Positions 12,537-25,403 of a stretch of DNA of 45,079 bases are shown piece after piece. How positions within the stretch are numbered: the stretch's first letter is position 1; every line of letters starts with the position of its first letter. Origin of the DNA: Lenisia limosa (taxonomy: Eukaryota; Protista; Breviatea); the NCBI GenBank assembly GCA_001655205.1, contig LPNZ01008746.1:1-45079 (forward strand). The letters run 5' to 3'. The position numbers and the translations under genes were made by a program. The notes beneath the pieces are model-generated. The model did not search any database. It worked only from the letters and a program-made list of their open reading frames with translations, and was not told the DNA's origin.

Positions 12537-12579
12537 AACCACACTCGAGTATAATATAATATTATACTCGAGTGTGGTT
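12537..12579. repeat. Perfect 19-bp inverted repeat with a 5-nt loop
   Basis: AACCACACTCGAGTATAAT-ATAAT-ATTATACTCGAGTGTGGTT; the two arms are exact reverse complements. Confidence 0.95.
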
Positions 12580-15500
12580 TCTAGCACACCCATATCCAAT
12601 GGCTATTGCAAGAAGAGAAAATATGGTAGAGAAAATAGCGGGGTTGGAACATCACTCGATTTCTTCATTGCAACGTGGGGTGGGCGTCAGCGTCAAATGT
12701 GTCAACCCTTGAATGTCACAAAATGGCTAATTTTCACTCTATGAATCACGGATTTGTAACAACTCTTTCAATTACACATTGTGAATCGATATACTATGAT
12801 ATAGTATATAGACTTCTTTCATCTTCCTCACCATGTAACTTTGGGATCGCAGTATCAACCCCAAGTTCAATGTGGAAATCGTCATTGTCCTAGAATATGA
12901 AAAAGGTAGCATCAGGTATCAGTAAGTACCTTGAGAACATCGCCCAAGAAAGGTGGGCTTATTTGAAGAATAATAAACAAGTGAGGAAAATCTCAAAATA
13001 GAGTGAGGGTTAGGAAGGATGTGCCGTATTGAAGACATTAATACCTATCAAGAATGGTTAGAGTTTACTGTGTCAAAGAGAACTGTGGTACTTACAGTTT
13101 TCGAGTTGTTGTCTTCAGGAAACTCGGATTGTTCTGTCTCAACATCTATAATATCAAACAAAACTTCAAAGAGGTTAGAAACAAAGATTGTATGGTTCAG
13201 CTTATACATATACTATTTGGGCTATTTGTTATATAATGATCATACCATATATTACATCATGTATTCTATCCGGAGGCTGATATCACTGCATACATGTACC
13301 AACGTATTTCGCGTTCCCTTTGAATGTCGTTGGACTGTTTGGTACAGCATGCGGCTACAAAAGGATCAAATTATCACAAAATATGACAGTTGGGAACATT
13401 GTACATGTGACAAGTATATAGCTGTATTCATGGAATGATCTGTTAGGGTTACCTACGAGTGAAACTATATTTATTATGGTAGCAAGATTGTGTTGTATCT
13501 GGAAGGTTATTCCTATTGCTTAAAAACTCACTTTCTGTTTTGCGGTGCTCCAATGGGTGACCACAACAAAGAAGATGTACAGCAAGTTGGCAATGATAAG
13601 CCCCACAATCATGAGGGAAATGAGGAATAGGCCGGCGGAGTTGCTAGATTCATAGAATATCTGAAAAATCACGCTATTTACGAAATGATGTCAGGGTTAA
13701 CCAAAAGGTTCAATATTCCGTTTTTGTATTCAAATAGATTTTACATGTGTAATTATCACCAAACTAGTCTTATAGATATTATTCGTATTTATGTTATTAT
13801 AATGGCTAACTCGAGCGTACCAGCCCAGAGGATATCGTAATAATGCTTGAAAACAAGGTGCAACTTTCCAAGTTGTTTAACTTCTTTTCTTTGTAAGGTG
13901 TATAGATCGAGTGCACAAATAAACTACATTGTGAAAGGTAACCAAAAACTATAATTCTGATTTCAAATAATAGAGATTGTTCAGTTGATTGTGGTTTTAA
14001 ATCTATCCTTGTTGTAATCCACTTTGACCTACCTGGTGATGAAAATGAGGGACACTACGCAGCATAATGTCAGAGGTATTCTGAAGTGTAACGTTAATAT
14101 ATTAACAAACACTGGTATATTATACATATCATTGTATATATCATTATATTATTGATATGATATAATATTATATCCTAAATTTCCATGGGATCACATATGA
14201 AGGCACAAAAAGGAACTGTAAAGTCAAGCATGATAATACTAATCCACTTACGAGTCCATGAAAGTCAGTGCAATAACAAAGATAATTGAACGCATTATTA
14301 CAATCATTTCCCATTGATAGGCCTCTCTTCTGAAACGGGTGTACAAAAAGCCGTATCTAGACCTGTTAAATGTTTATGAAATCTCAAAGACCGCAAAATA
14401 ATCTTGCTCTTACCTGTATAAGGCTCGTTTTGACACCAAAGTCCATGATTTGGCAAGAAACAAACAAATGTATACGCTCAAGGGGATACCAATAACAATT
14501 AGGATGCAAGCTATGATAGCGATCGGCAGATTGAGGAGATGGGTTCCTTGGTAGCACATATACGAAGGAGCTAAATTGAGATCAGGTTGCAATGAGAAAA
14601 TTTAGTGATGTTGTACTTTTTAGCAAAACACTGTTCTCTTCTGTTTTTTTTTTTCACTTGTTTCAAAACACTGTTAGAAATTACATGATATTAGATACTG
14701 CTATATCATACACAATTCATCGTATTAAAAAAAATACCCCTTTTCGAGCCCACCAGCATCCAAAGTGAGGGTTCCGTCTTTTTGAACTGTACAGTCGAAG
14801 AACTCAAGAACAAAACCGGAATAAGGAATGTAGAGCAGAACGGAAATAAAAAGAATGGTAGAAATCATGGCATGCCTGGAACATCAGCATTAGTACTCAG
14901 AATAAACTATATGATATATTTAAAAGTGCCAACGCAATCAAAATTGGATAAAATGGTGAATGCCATTACATACTTGAGATCTCTTAAAGTTTTTTCAGCT
15001 AAATGTGAAATATCTTGAAGATTGTCGCATTTGAAGAGGGTGTGGCTGAAGCTTGATTTGCAGCATGTCAAGTTTTTCAATGCAGAAAAAAGCTGAAGAA
15101 TAATAAGACGAGAAAATATATGCTAAATTGATAATGAAACTCTTTAGGCGTACTGAACATTCAAACACATTAGTTGAATAAGACTCCCATTTCATAGTTT
15201 ACAATTACATCTGCTTCTACCAATCTACTCACTGATTCACTTCTGGACAATAATTGTGGTTGCGTTTTCATTTGACTCAATGAGGGAGTAAATGGTGTAG
15301 CTGGAGATATTGGAACGTCTTTCATTGATGTTGGAGTACAACACTGTAACTCTTCAACTGAAGGATAGAATTAAAATAACATGTTAATGAGAAAAACAAT
15401 TAAAAACAATAATCGGGTTCATCGGTACTCAATTAGCATCTTACAAGTGCTTTTGCTTGGTTGCATTTTCGCATTTGTTGATCCACAGTTCATATCGCTA

Positions 15501-18500
15501 CATTGATGTCTACAAGTAGTAATAAAAATATATTGAAAATATTGTATTTATTAATAGTAAAATACAATAATATTATACTTTCTTGTGAGACTCTTGGCAG
15601 TGTTGACATATTTTATTATTAATAAAATTAAATCTATGGAGTGTTTCAAAAAAGGATACACTATAACATCTCACACACCTTTGAGCTTTGTATTCGTAAT
15701 AGACTCTGTAGAAGCATTTGGTTGCTGCGTAACCAACCAACACCACGCAAGTGGTATAGAGAGGTACCAATAACTTCAGGCGAAATAGTGTAAAATACCT
15801 TGGTGGGTAATGTACAGAGAATCAAAATCATGAAATAAACATAAGATGGTAACTTACGGAAGTTGTGCTTGAACGGAACACTCTGGAGCTGCAATATCCA
15901 CTAAAAAGTTTCATTATCCATAAATATTTGAAAATGGGATATATATTACTTTATTATATATCATACCATGAGAGCTATTATAAATCTATAAAATGGAATC
16001 AATCCCAGACTTTATGTCAGTTGAAGTCTAAATACAAACATTATATGTTATAATCTTACCATTCAAAATAGTAAAAGATAACTTGTCATAAGTTTCTCTA
16101 ACATAAGTTGGCCAATTGAGCTCAATTTTAGAGAATAGCGCCGTAAGCTTGATAATAATCACCCTGCAAAAAGGCACTAGATAAATATTGTGTATATTAT
16201 ATTAATATACATGTATATAATTGAAATTGAATGGAGCATTTTCCTCAATGCAAATTATTTCATACTATCAAGTTTTTCGATACTTTCAAACATTATCCAA
16301 ATTGAAGAATAATTAGGTGATCAAATGGAAATATTTGACCCAAACAGAAATGCAAAACAATCACCCATTTTCGAAATGAGATTACAATAGAGTTTAGAAA
16401 TCTCCAACATAGCTTTAAGCCAACCTGAACATACAAGAAGCCAATACGAAGAGAAGCCCATTTATTGGTGAGATCAGGTCGGAATCCAATTATTAGAAGA
16501 ACAAGAACGAACGAGGTCAGTCCAAGAGCCATCAGTAATAGGGAATACTGTACGTGTGATGTCAGACAGAATAACAAAGAAAATGATCCAAAATATATGT
16601 GTCAAATCAAAACTTATCTAACTTGAGATAATGAGCCACAGCTGAGACAATGTTTGTCGTAATGGTAGAAGTACAGCTCACACGAACTACAAACAAAGTC
16701 TTTGTATCTAAAGAGTTAGATAGTAGTATGGATAACATAATTGTGTCATTGTCCATCCAAACCAGCCAACATTATCAAATATTTTAAAATGACTAGATAT
16801 AACCTAATTTCTTCATAGGGAGAACCATTTGGCTTACCCTTCTTCACATGTGGAATTACCAAGGCAAGCTTTTTTGTTGGGACATTCAATGAAAACGTTT
16901 TCTAATTCATGGGACCTGAAAATGAGAACGCAATAACCGAATTTGCTCTCTGAAGTAGCATTTATCTCAGTTATCTATGTTAATATTGGCGATAATGGAA
17001 ACTTTTTATTGTGTTGGTAATACACCCTGATTCACAATGATTGCTATTCTTTGGGTGGCTTTTCCTCAAACATACACATATGTACCTATAATAACCGGTT
17101 TTGCTCGTTGGCTTTGCATTTCCACCAGGGCATATTCCTCCTTCAGGGCATTCAATACACTGAAATATAAGGCATGTGGATGTAAAGTGTGTTGATATTA
17201 CACGATTTCACTTATTCCAAACGACTATGAAATGATATTTCACACGCATTTATTTCAAAGAATGTCTATCTTCCTTTCCCACCTGGCCATTATTTGGGGA
17301 GTCTCTGAAGAGTCCCTCCTTACAAAAACAAGACTCAGATGATTTAGATCCGACACCCGCAGTGGTCATTGAATCCTTATATATGTCAGTTTAACTTTAG
17401 ACTAACGTTACCAACTAAGTTTTAATATACTGCATCAGTATAATCTAAGATATGTACCACTTCCCATAACCTACGTTGCATTCATCACAAGGCGCTTGGT
17501 TATATTCACTTGAATATGTCCCAAGCGGACACTGTATACATTGTTCGACTTTGTTGACACTTGAGTATTGCCAACCTACAAGTCAAAAGTAGAATTGTCG
17601 ATACATGTTCTGAATAGTAATCATGTGGCTCTACTCATTAATTTCACAATATGTGTTTAAAATTTACAGCATTTATCACTTGCAATCTAATCTTTTTTCA
17701 AGAGGCAGTAAGACTAGTCTCATAATATGTAAGCCATACTTTTCCTTACATTGTAGGTAGAGTTTGTACAATTAGTAACAGTTGGATTCGGATCATAACA
17801 CTACCACCCCAAACCAGGACCACAATAGCAGGAAGAGTCATTTATGGCATTCAGATTGCGGACAAAACCATTCTAGGATTCTGATTAACAAAAAATACAA
17901 ATAAGGTGAGAATTACAGAGGTCGTGCAGTTATTAAGATGTCTGTCGTATCATGCAAAGGGAGGTGTCATTTTATCCAGAAGATTTTTTATGAAATAAAT
18001 GTGTAACATACCTGACAGACACAGTCCAGATCAGTTGTGCTCCCAACCTCATTTGTGGTCAACCGATTGCCTATGCAAGGAAGGCATGTCGACTGGGGTA
18101 TCATAAGACAACACTGTTTTATAAACAGTCTGGTCAGAAGGAAGTAAATAGGTGTATTATCACACACTTTTTGAGCGGTTTCAAGTGAATTGATCAATAA
18201 GTTTATGTTGATTTACCTTATCCCGAAGTGCTTTGTATGTTCCAAGTGGACATGGGTCACATTCGTTTGTCAACAAATTCATGCTAAACCCTTCAAAGCA
18301 GATGCAATTGTTAGGAGCTGAGTTGTTCAATTATGAAAATCCAAAGTAGATACAAGCTCTACAGGAAATAATAACATACCAAGTGATTTTATCAGGTTTT
18401 CGCTATTGTCAGGACATTTGTCACACCTTCCAGATGTCAAGTTGTATTGCGAGTCTAAATATTATAATAATTTGCCAATTCATGGTCTCATAAGGTAAAC

Positions 18501-21500
18501 ACAATAATTTGGTTCACAAATGATTGGTAGTATTGAGATTTTTCAACACATTTCCTCATACTAATTTGACAAACACATTCTCCATTATGCAATGTGAAGC
18601 CTTCAATACAGTGACAGCTCTCTTTTGTTGTTGAAGCACTTAAGTCAGTCTGCATATAGTCGCCACATGCATTACAGGTGTCAAACCCATCACTCTCTAC
18701 ATATTAGTTGGTGGTTTATGAGAGCTCAATGTTCTTGATTCTCACAAACCCTTATCTATTATAAAATGTATTTTCAGTAAGTAAATAATATCACATCTCT
18801 GTCAATTAAATGTTTTTGCCACGATACCTTTGTAGTAGTCTTCTGGGCATGGGTCACATGTGCCTTTGGTTGGGTCAAAAGAGAAGCCTTTTCGGCAAAT
18901 GCAGTCTGTTTGCCCAAAGGAGTTGGTAGACTGAATGGCATGAACTCCTCATGTAATATATTTGAAATATTCCTGCCATTGAGCTATTATTTCTTACTAT
19001 TTGTTCACCTAGCAATTCAAGCTATAGTGCACCCCCTCGAACTGCAAAGCTGTTTGGCCTCTGCTCTTCACAAGGCAATACTGAAACCTCATCCTGAATG
19101 TAACTTTAAGACAACGTGTAGAAGAAAAGTTACTCTGAAGTAATTCCATTTAAATAGAATGATTGATACGCTGAATAGGGAAAAAATGGGAGAAATTCGT
19201 TACCGCTTAAACTGAATGAGATACTATATAATTGTTCGGAAAGTTAATCGCATGTGTGACCTGTCAGTACAATGGAAGCTCACAATGATTATGCGATCAG
19301 CGTCGAGATAGTCGGCCAAGAAGTGAACCTGGTACAGCTGCTCTTGGTACCCATCAATCTGATATTGAGATGTAAGAATGGTTTGATGCACCCGAGGGTA
19401 TTTGCGCTGGTTTGTTTCATTTTTGAATGACATTTTAGGATCTATTGCATCAACACCTTTCTGAAACAATTCTGTGATGACATTGGTATCAGGGAAAGGC
19501 TTGTTTTTCGGGTGGGGGATGTCGGGTCATTGGGAGATGAGAGATCTTTCTTTTGTTATGTTTGGTATTAACCAATAGTTGAACCAACGATACATTGAGA
19601 TGTTTCAATGTAATTATTTTTGTCAGGAATAGTCCTACCATTAAACTGTCAAATATGGCAACGCCTTGTTCATTAGTAGTTACAACGTCTCCATGAACTC
19701 TGAAAAGGTTTTTCAGATATACTAATGTTTCATTCACTAATTCGAGAAACTCAAAAAAACACAAAGTATATTTGTGAATTTCAACTAAATGTTATAGTTA
19801 GGTTTTTATTATTGTCGAATAACCAAAAGTTGAAGTCACTACTATTAAACAAACCCTTACCTACCTTTTTGGTGTTGGCGTGATCTTGACGGTAATTTCA
19901 ATGCCTGGCGTGGTCCAATCTGTCAGTATGGTCTCTGATGTTTTCAGGTATACCTTGTTTATGAGGTAAACTTGTGGATCTAGATCACAAAAACTTGATA
20001 AATGTTATACTAAGCAAGCTATCTTAACCAACTTGTACAATTGGTGACGGCCATATTGGACTCGTTCCATTGGTTGACGTGAACTCTTGGCTTTTCAAAA
20101 CCAGTGCGTACTCACCAAGAATCTCGAAGGAAACGAAGCTATTGGGATCCTGTAGTTTATCAGAAACAAACACAAATATTCCAGAGTAAACCAAGATAAA
20201 TTACTCTCACTTCTATATCATTGACGATGGAAACAGCCATTGTTTTGGGTTCAGTAACTGAGGGTATTTTACATTCAACCATCTAGAATTGGTAACAACT
20301 TAACCATTTAACACAATACACATTGGAGAGTTACAACCTAATGCCCAAATCACCAATTTGTTTCTAAATGTTGCATTGGAATGTAAAGTGTCAAATAAAC
20401 AGTGCAGGTGAACTGAGTCTATAAAATTGTTCCCAATGGCAATCTAAACTTTCAGCGACATTTACGCTGAGGAGGAGAAGGAAATTGGAAGATGAATTTC
20501 CAGTCGTTGAGAAAAACTAAATAATAGTCTGCCATTATAAGCCTGTCTGGAAAAACCATAAGAAGTATTACTTGCAAAATGTGTACGATACTCATCTTAC
20601 CAAAACATTATTGTCGTTATCAATTGAGTTCGTATGTACGGATGTTGGTGCGGTCAACGTTAAGTCAGTTCCAATATTGACAATTAGTTCAACTGAACTA
20701 TAGTCAACACCATCCTGCTTTGATGAAAAAGGTTACAAAACAGATACAGAATGTTAAAATGATAAAAAACTCTAGATAAATTGAATAGTTTCAATATGCC
20801 ATCTTTCATTTCCCCTTCACCTTCATAAACATGAAATAATAGCTAACAAAGACATGTACTCTTGACACGTCCAATGGTGGAACAATGAGGGTTAAGTTTG
20901 TTGGACTGACTTGAACAATATCCTATAGTATTATTATGGCTTGTTTCAAAGAATTAGAGAACATGAAATGTAATTCATTTTTGCTTCTTTAATGATTAGC
21001 CGTCAACTCTTTTCATTAATTTTTGTTCATATATCATACATCGCATATAATCCTACATTCAATATGATATACTGATATAGATATATTAATGAAACTATAT
21101 ATAATTACTATTATATTAAATAGTTTACAATCATTGTGGATGTCTCCTTGAAGGCTGCGTAAAGCGGAGGTTTGTCTGTTGGGAAATCTCCAAGCACCAT
21201 GAGCTGATTGGTTGGAAAATGTTGGTTTTGATGAATAATGAGTTGACTTCATGTTTCAGTTGAGTGATATAAATTTATCATTTAATATGATGTACGTATT
21301 AAATCAATAACCGCACAAGGTCCTATATACCTCTTGATTAGGAGCAATGTAGTATTCTCGAGGCGACAATGATATGTTAGGGGGGTCGTAGAATATAAAC
21401 GGGGCATCTGCGTGATACTCCACTCCTTCGTAAAAAATAGAACCGATAATCTGAAGCGTTTAAGGAAAACTATCAAAGAGCTGTATATCTGCAAAAAGCA

Positions 21501-24500
21501 GGAGTACTTTGGCCTCCATCATACTGGAAGATCAGTGGTAAAAGTCCTCAGCGTCTGGCATTGAGCATGAGCAACTCCCTCAATGGGATCATCGAGAGGA
21601 TACTAAAGAATAAGCTGTTGGTTTGAAAATACGAACGACTGCCACAATTCTGAACAGTGTAGCAGCTTAAAATCCACATTATTTTTTAGCCACAAATCAC
21701 ACCTCTATTGCCGTGTTATACACAGTTGTTTCACCTTGAATGAACTTGCAAGTCACACGGTTTATTGAAAATTCCCCAGAGTACGTGACAAGAAACTAGA
21801 GGGTAAACCAGAATTTAAATAGCGTCAGTTACCTCAAGCAGTGGAGCTTCAAATATTTTGGTTTGTATCGGGGACACAGTGGATATTTTTGTGTTCATTC
21901 GGGCTGAAGGTATAATGGAGTAAGAATAAAAGCACTAAGCATAAAGCCTTAAAAAAACTCAAAACACTCCTGCAGCATTGATGTGATGTACATACATGTA
22001 TGCACAATATGTTTTAAGTTATTGCTATTATTGTGTTAAGTTCTACTTCTAAACCCATTTTTATGCTTATTTTTCCAAACTGTTCAACATAGTATGAACA
22101 GACCAATCTAGTATTCCATTGAAAGCAATCCTCCAAACATAATCGAAGTGTCATCTTATCATTTCCATCAATCTTTGCAGTTTTCCGATTGAGTAATACC
22201 ATGCTATATGGTACGTCCTTGAAGTGTAAGTAATTCAATTCATTTTGACTTCCTAAAACGTCCACGTGATTAAATATGAAAATGAAATTATACTTTGCGC
22301 AAGTCTCTTACTTCTTGTTTTTCGATAGTAGTTACAATGTCAACACATGGACGACTACGAGAGTTTGAGTATGGGAAAAATGCATCTCCAGTGTTACTGA
22401 TGATCATTGCATTATAACCGTGGAAAACCATCTAGATGGTGAAACTGAGTGCTAATTTGAAATTGGGTTTATATTTCCCCAAATCAGGGAAAATACACTA
22501 AACCAATACTATCACTGAAGATAGCCACATACCGTAACAAAAGAAACATCAGAAAGAAGATCACCATTTTGGTCTTTAGGAATGATGTCTTCCCCAATTT
22601 TGTTTTTTACGTCTTTGATAAATAAAGAGCTTCCTGTGTCTAAACACAAAGTTATTTGGGTAGACACGTTATAAGTGGACTATTTTGTAATTAACTTCTA
22701 AATATTCTCAATACTGATGAGACTCTGTAATGTTTTCATCAAATATCTTATGGAGCAAAAAGTCATTTTTTGTCCAATTGGAAGTATGAAGTGGAATTCC
22801 GAAAAGAAGATTGAATTTTGTGGCAACATACGTATAAATTTCAATAGAGTAGTGAAATAACTCTAATTTAATATGAAAACGCAATAATATTCAGTTTTGT
22901 ATTATTATGGTAAACTATGGCAAACGCAACCTGCAACATACCAGTCAGTGCAACAATGCTCTCATCTAATACGTCGATAGCAACGGAAACAAATTTATGT
23001 GAAGAGAAAATAGAGTCCGTATCGCCAAAAATTCTGAAGGCATGAAATCAATGTTTAATATTTGCCTGATTGTTTTGACATCAGACAATGATTAATACAG
23101 TATAAAGAAAAGTGATATGAGATCTATCCCATGCGTGAATAGATTTGTATTCCGGAGTTGCATACAACTGTGACACTTCGCCTTCTGTTGAAACTGTAAC
23201 AAGTCTATCGTTAAAGTAGTCAAAGTCCATTACCTTGGAAATGTGAAAACAGATCATGGGAGAAATGACTATCTTGTTGGCAAGAAGACAAAACAATGTA
23301 ATTATATAACCCAACTCCGGAAAAACAGAATCTCATTTATGAGTTTTGAAAATGTTATTTGCCGCCCTCTTACGTTGACTAATACTAGTTCAAAGCGTGG
23401 AATGTAATTTCCAGCCCCAAAGAGATCTCCATTGTCTATAATCGTTATGACGTATCGTGATATAGTTTCAATAAGTCCAAATTGTACTGACGTAATATGC
23501 TATATCATATGTATATTTTTGTGATTTGTTACGGGTGTTTATCATTTTTGGTTCTATACACAAGACAGAATATCATATATATACAATGGGAAAAGATGTT
23601 GTTTATTGTACATTCATGAGGCGGCATGTCGCCAAGGTTGGTTTATGCAAACATTGGTTGAATTTTCCTACTTTTGCATTATATTTCCATAACAGCAAAA
23701 ATAACATCCCAAACCTTGCAAAACATAAGTGGTCATCATTGTAGCTCTAACCTTGACAGGGTTCTGCAAAAATAATATTGAGATTATTTTAGGTTTATCA
23801 AAAATATATATCCCATTTCAATTACCAAAAATATTTGACTATTTATCTTGTCTTCTGAAAATTCTGATCCAAGCTAAATAGTGAAAGGAAACGTTTTCTA
23901 AGCTAAATAGTGAAAGGAAACGTTTTCCAAGCGAAATATATTAAACCACTATCATCGAAATGGACCAGTGAATAACAACATCTTTGAACATATATCAGTC
24001 CTAGCAAACCTGAAACACCAAATTTGAACCCCGAGTTTCGATTAAACCCCCCTCTGCAAGAGTTATTTCTGGATTGAAAAGGTTTTATATTTTTAATTTG
24101 CGTTTTAGTTTCATTCCTTCCTTGGAATAGCAACATTCAATTGAAAAGCTGAATGCTAATTACAAGCAAACCATAGTAACGAATCAAGCATACCGAATAC
24201 TATGGCCGAATGTACATTAGAGAGGTCAAATATTGTCGTCAACATGCCGAGTGAGACAATTTGGTCTCCTGCTAATCTGAATGTGTCATTGTATAAACTG
24301 CTGAACAGAAGAGCGTTGAAAATAATATATCTCAACTTTATATTTATTAATGCTGAGAGTGTTCGTAGCCACGCAAACGAGGTACAGGCAGGAATTTCGG
24401 TTCCGAATTGACTGTTGGTGTTTTGTCCAAAAGCCCACATCTGATTGGAAACTATGATATAAGAAAGACAAAACACTAATGTGTATCAAAGACGACAACT

Positions 24501-25260
24501 CAATGAAGAATTGCATGTGATAATTATGCAAAATAGTAAATTTAGGACATATTATTTGTTTTTAGCCGAAATGAATCTAAAAACACTAACCAAGTTTGAC
24601 CAAAAATCGTATTTGTATCAGGCAACAAAAGACAACATACAAAAATGTCTCACATGATAATAGCATGGCTGAGTATCCTGAAAATGCCATAGCTTTGATG
24701 TAAAAGTTAACATCTAACGTGGCAGTCGAGAATGGAAGACATTCACTCGTGTCACTTGGGACTGTTGTGCAAAGGTCACCTGAGAGTTACTTCATTGAAC
24801 ACGGTGCATATTGCAATTCATTTTCAAGCAATGACAAAAAAACGTCATAGAAACTTCATGGCTACTCCAACCATTCATTTTGGTCGATATACTCACTGCT
24901 CTCTCGTCACGAGCTCCACTACTCTACGGCAATCAAATTTGCGAATTAGATAAGAAAAAAATGCAACTATTACGTAATATATGTATATGTAGTTAAATGA
25001 TACAATAAAATGCAAATGATGCGCACTAATCACCACTGTCAAATATGTAGTATTATTCTATTGGTGTAATCGAAACGTTCATTGATGTCACAGTATTACA
25101 TATTGACACGATAGAGTGAAAACCTGATTCTCATGCAGAGAAATAAAGCGATATGTGAAGGTATGTTAACGTTAAAAAACTCTTTCATTTCACCCTGCCT
25201 TACCAAAGCAATGCCGAGAAGAAGACATACCAATAGCATTATATCGACAAGTCGAAGCAT
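12562..25260 (-). CDS. Very large surface protein: signal peptide, RCC1-like repeats, Cys-rich (GCC2_GCC3/ephrin-receptor-like) repeats, C-terminal multi-pass TM domain
   Basis: N-terminus MLRLVDIMLLVCLLLGIAL|. RCC1-like QMWAFGQNTNSQFG and FHGYNAMIISNTGDAF. Cys-rich DCICRKGFSFDPTKGTCDPCPEDYYK, TCNACGDYMQT..SCHCIEGF and CIECPEGGICPGG..KTGYYR. TM region with LAPSYMCYQGTHLLNLPIAIIACILIVIGIP, SRYGFLYTRFRREAYQWEMIVIMR and GLFLISLMIVGLIIANLLYIFF. Not every exon was resolved and the terminal exon is tentative. Confidence 0.75.
23871..23932. repeat. 29-bp tandem duplication
   Basis: AAGCTAAATAGTGAAAGGAAACGTTTTC(T/C) occurs twice (23871-23899, 23900-23928), followed by AAGC. Confidence 0.95.
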
Positions 25261-25403
25261 TATTGCTGTTTGGAATTACATTTAATTGAACATTTTCTGG
25301 AGCATTGATAACATTTTGTTATCTATTTATTTCAGCATAGAATACTGTGTTGAAAAAAGGGAACATGGTACCATGGGGATAAGATCACAATTGGGGAAAC
25401 CTA

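Noticed and set aside
15650-15659. GTATCCTTTT on the minus strand, a perfect U12-type donor consensus
   Set aside because: Frame continuity with the next exon requires the upstream phase-2 donor AG|GTGTGT, and there is no TCCTTAAC branch point before the acceptor. It is most likely a chance intronic match.
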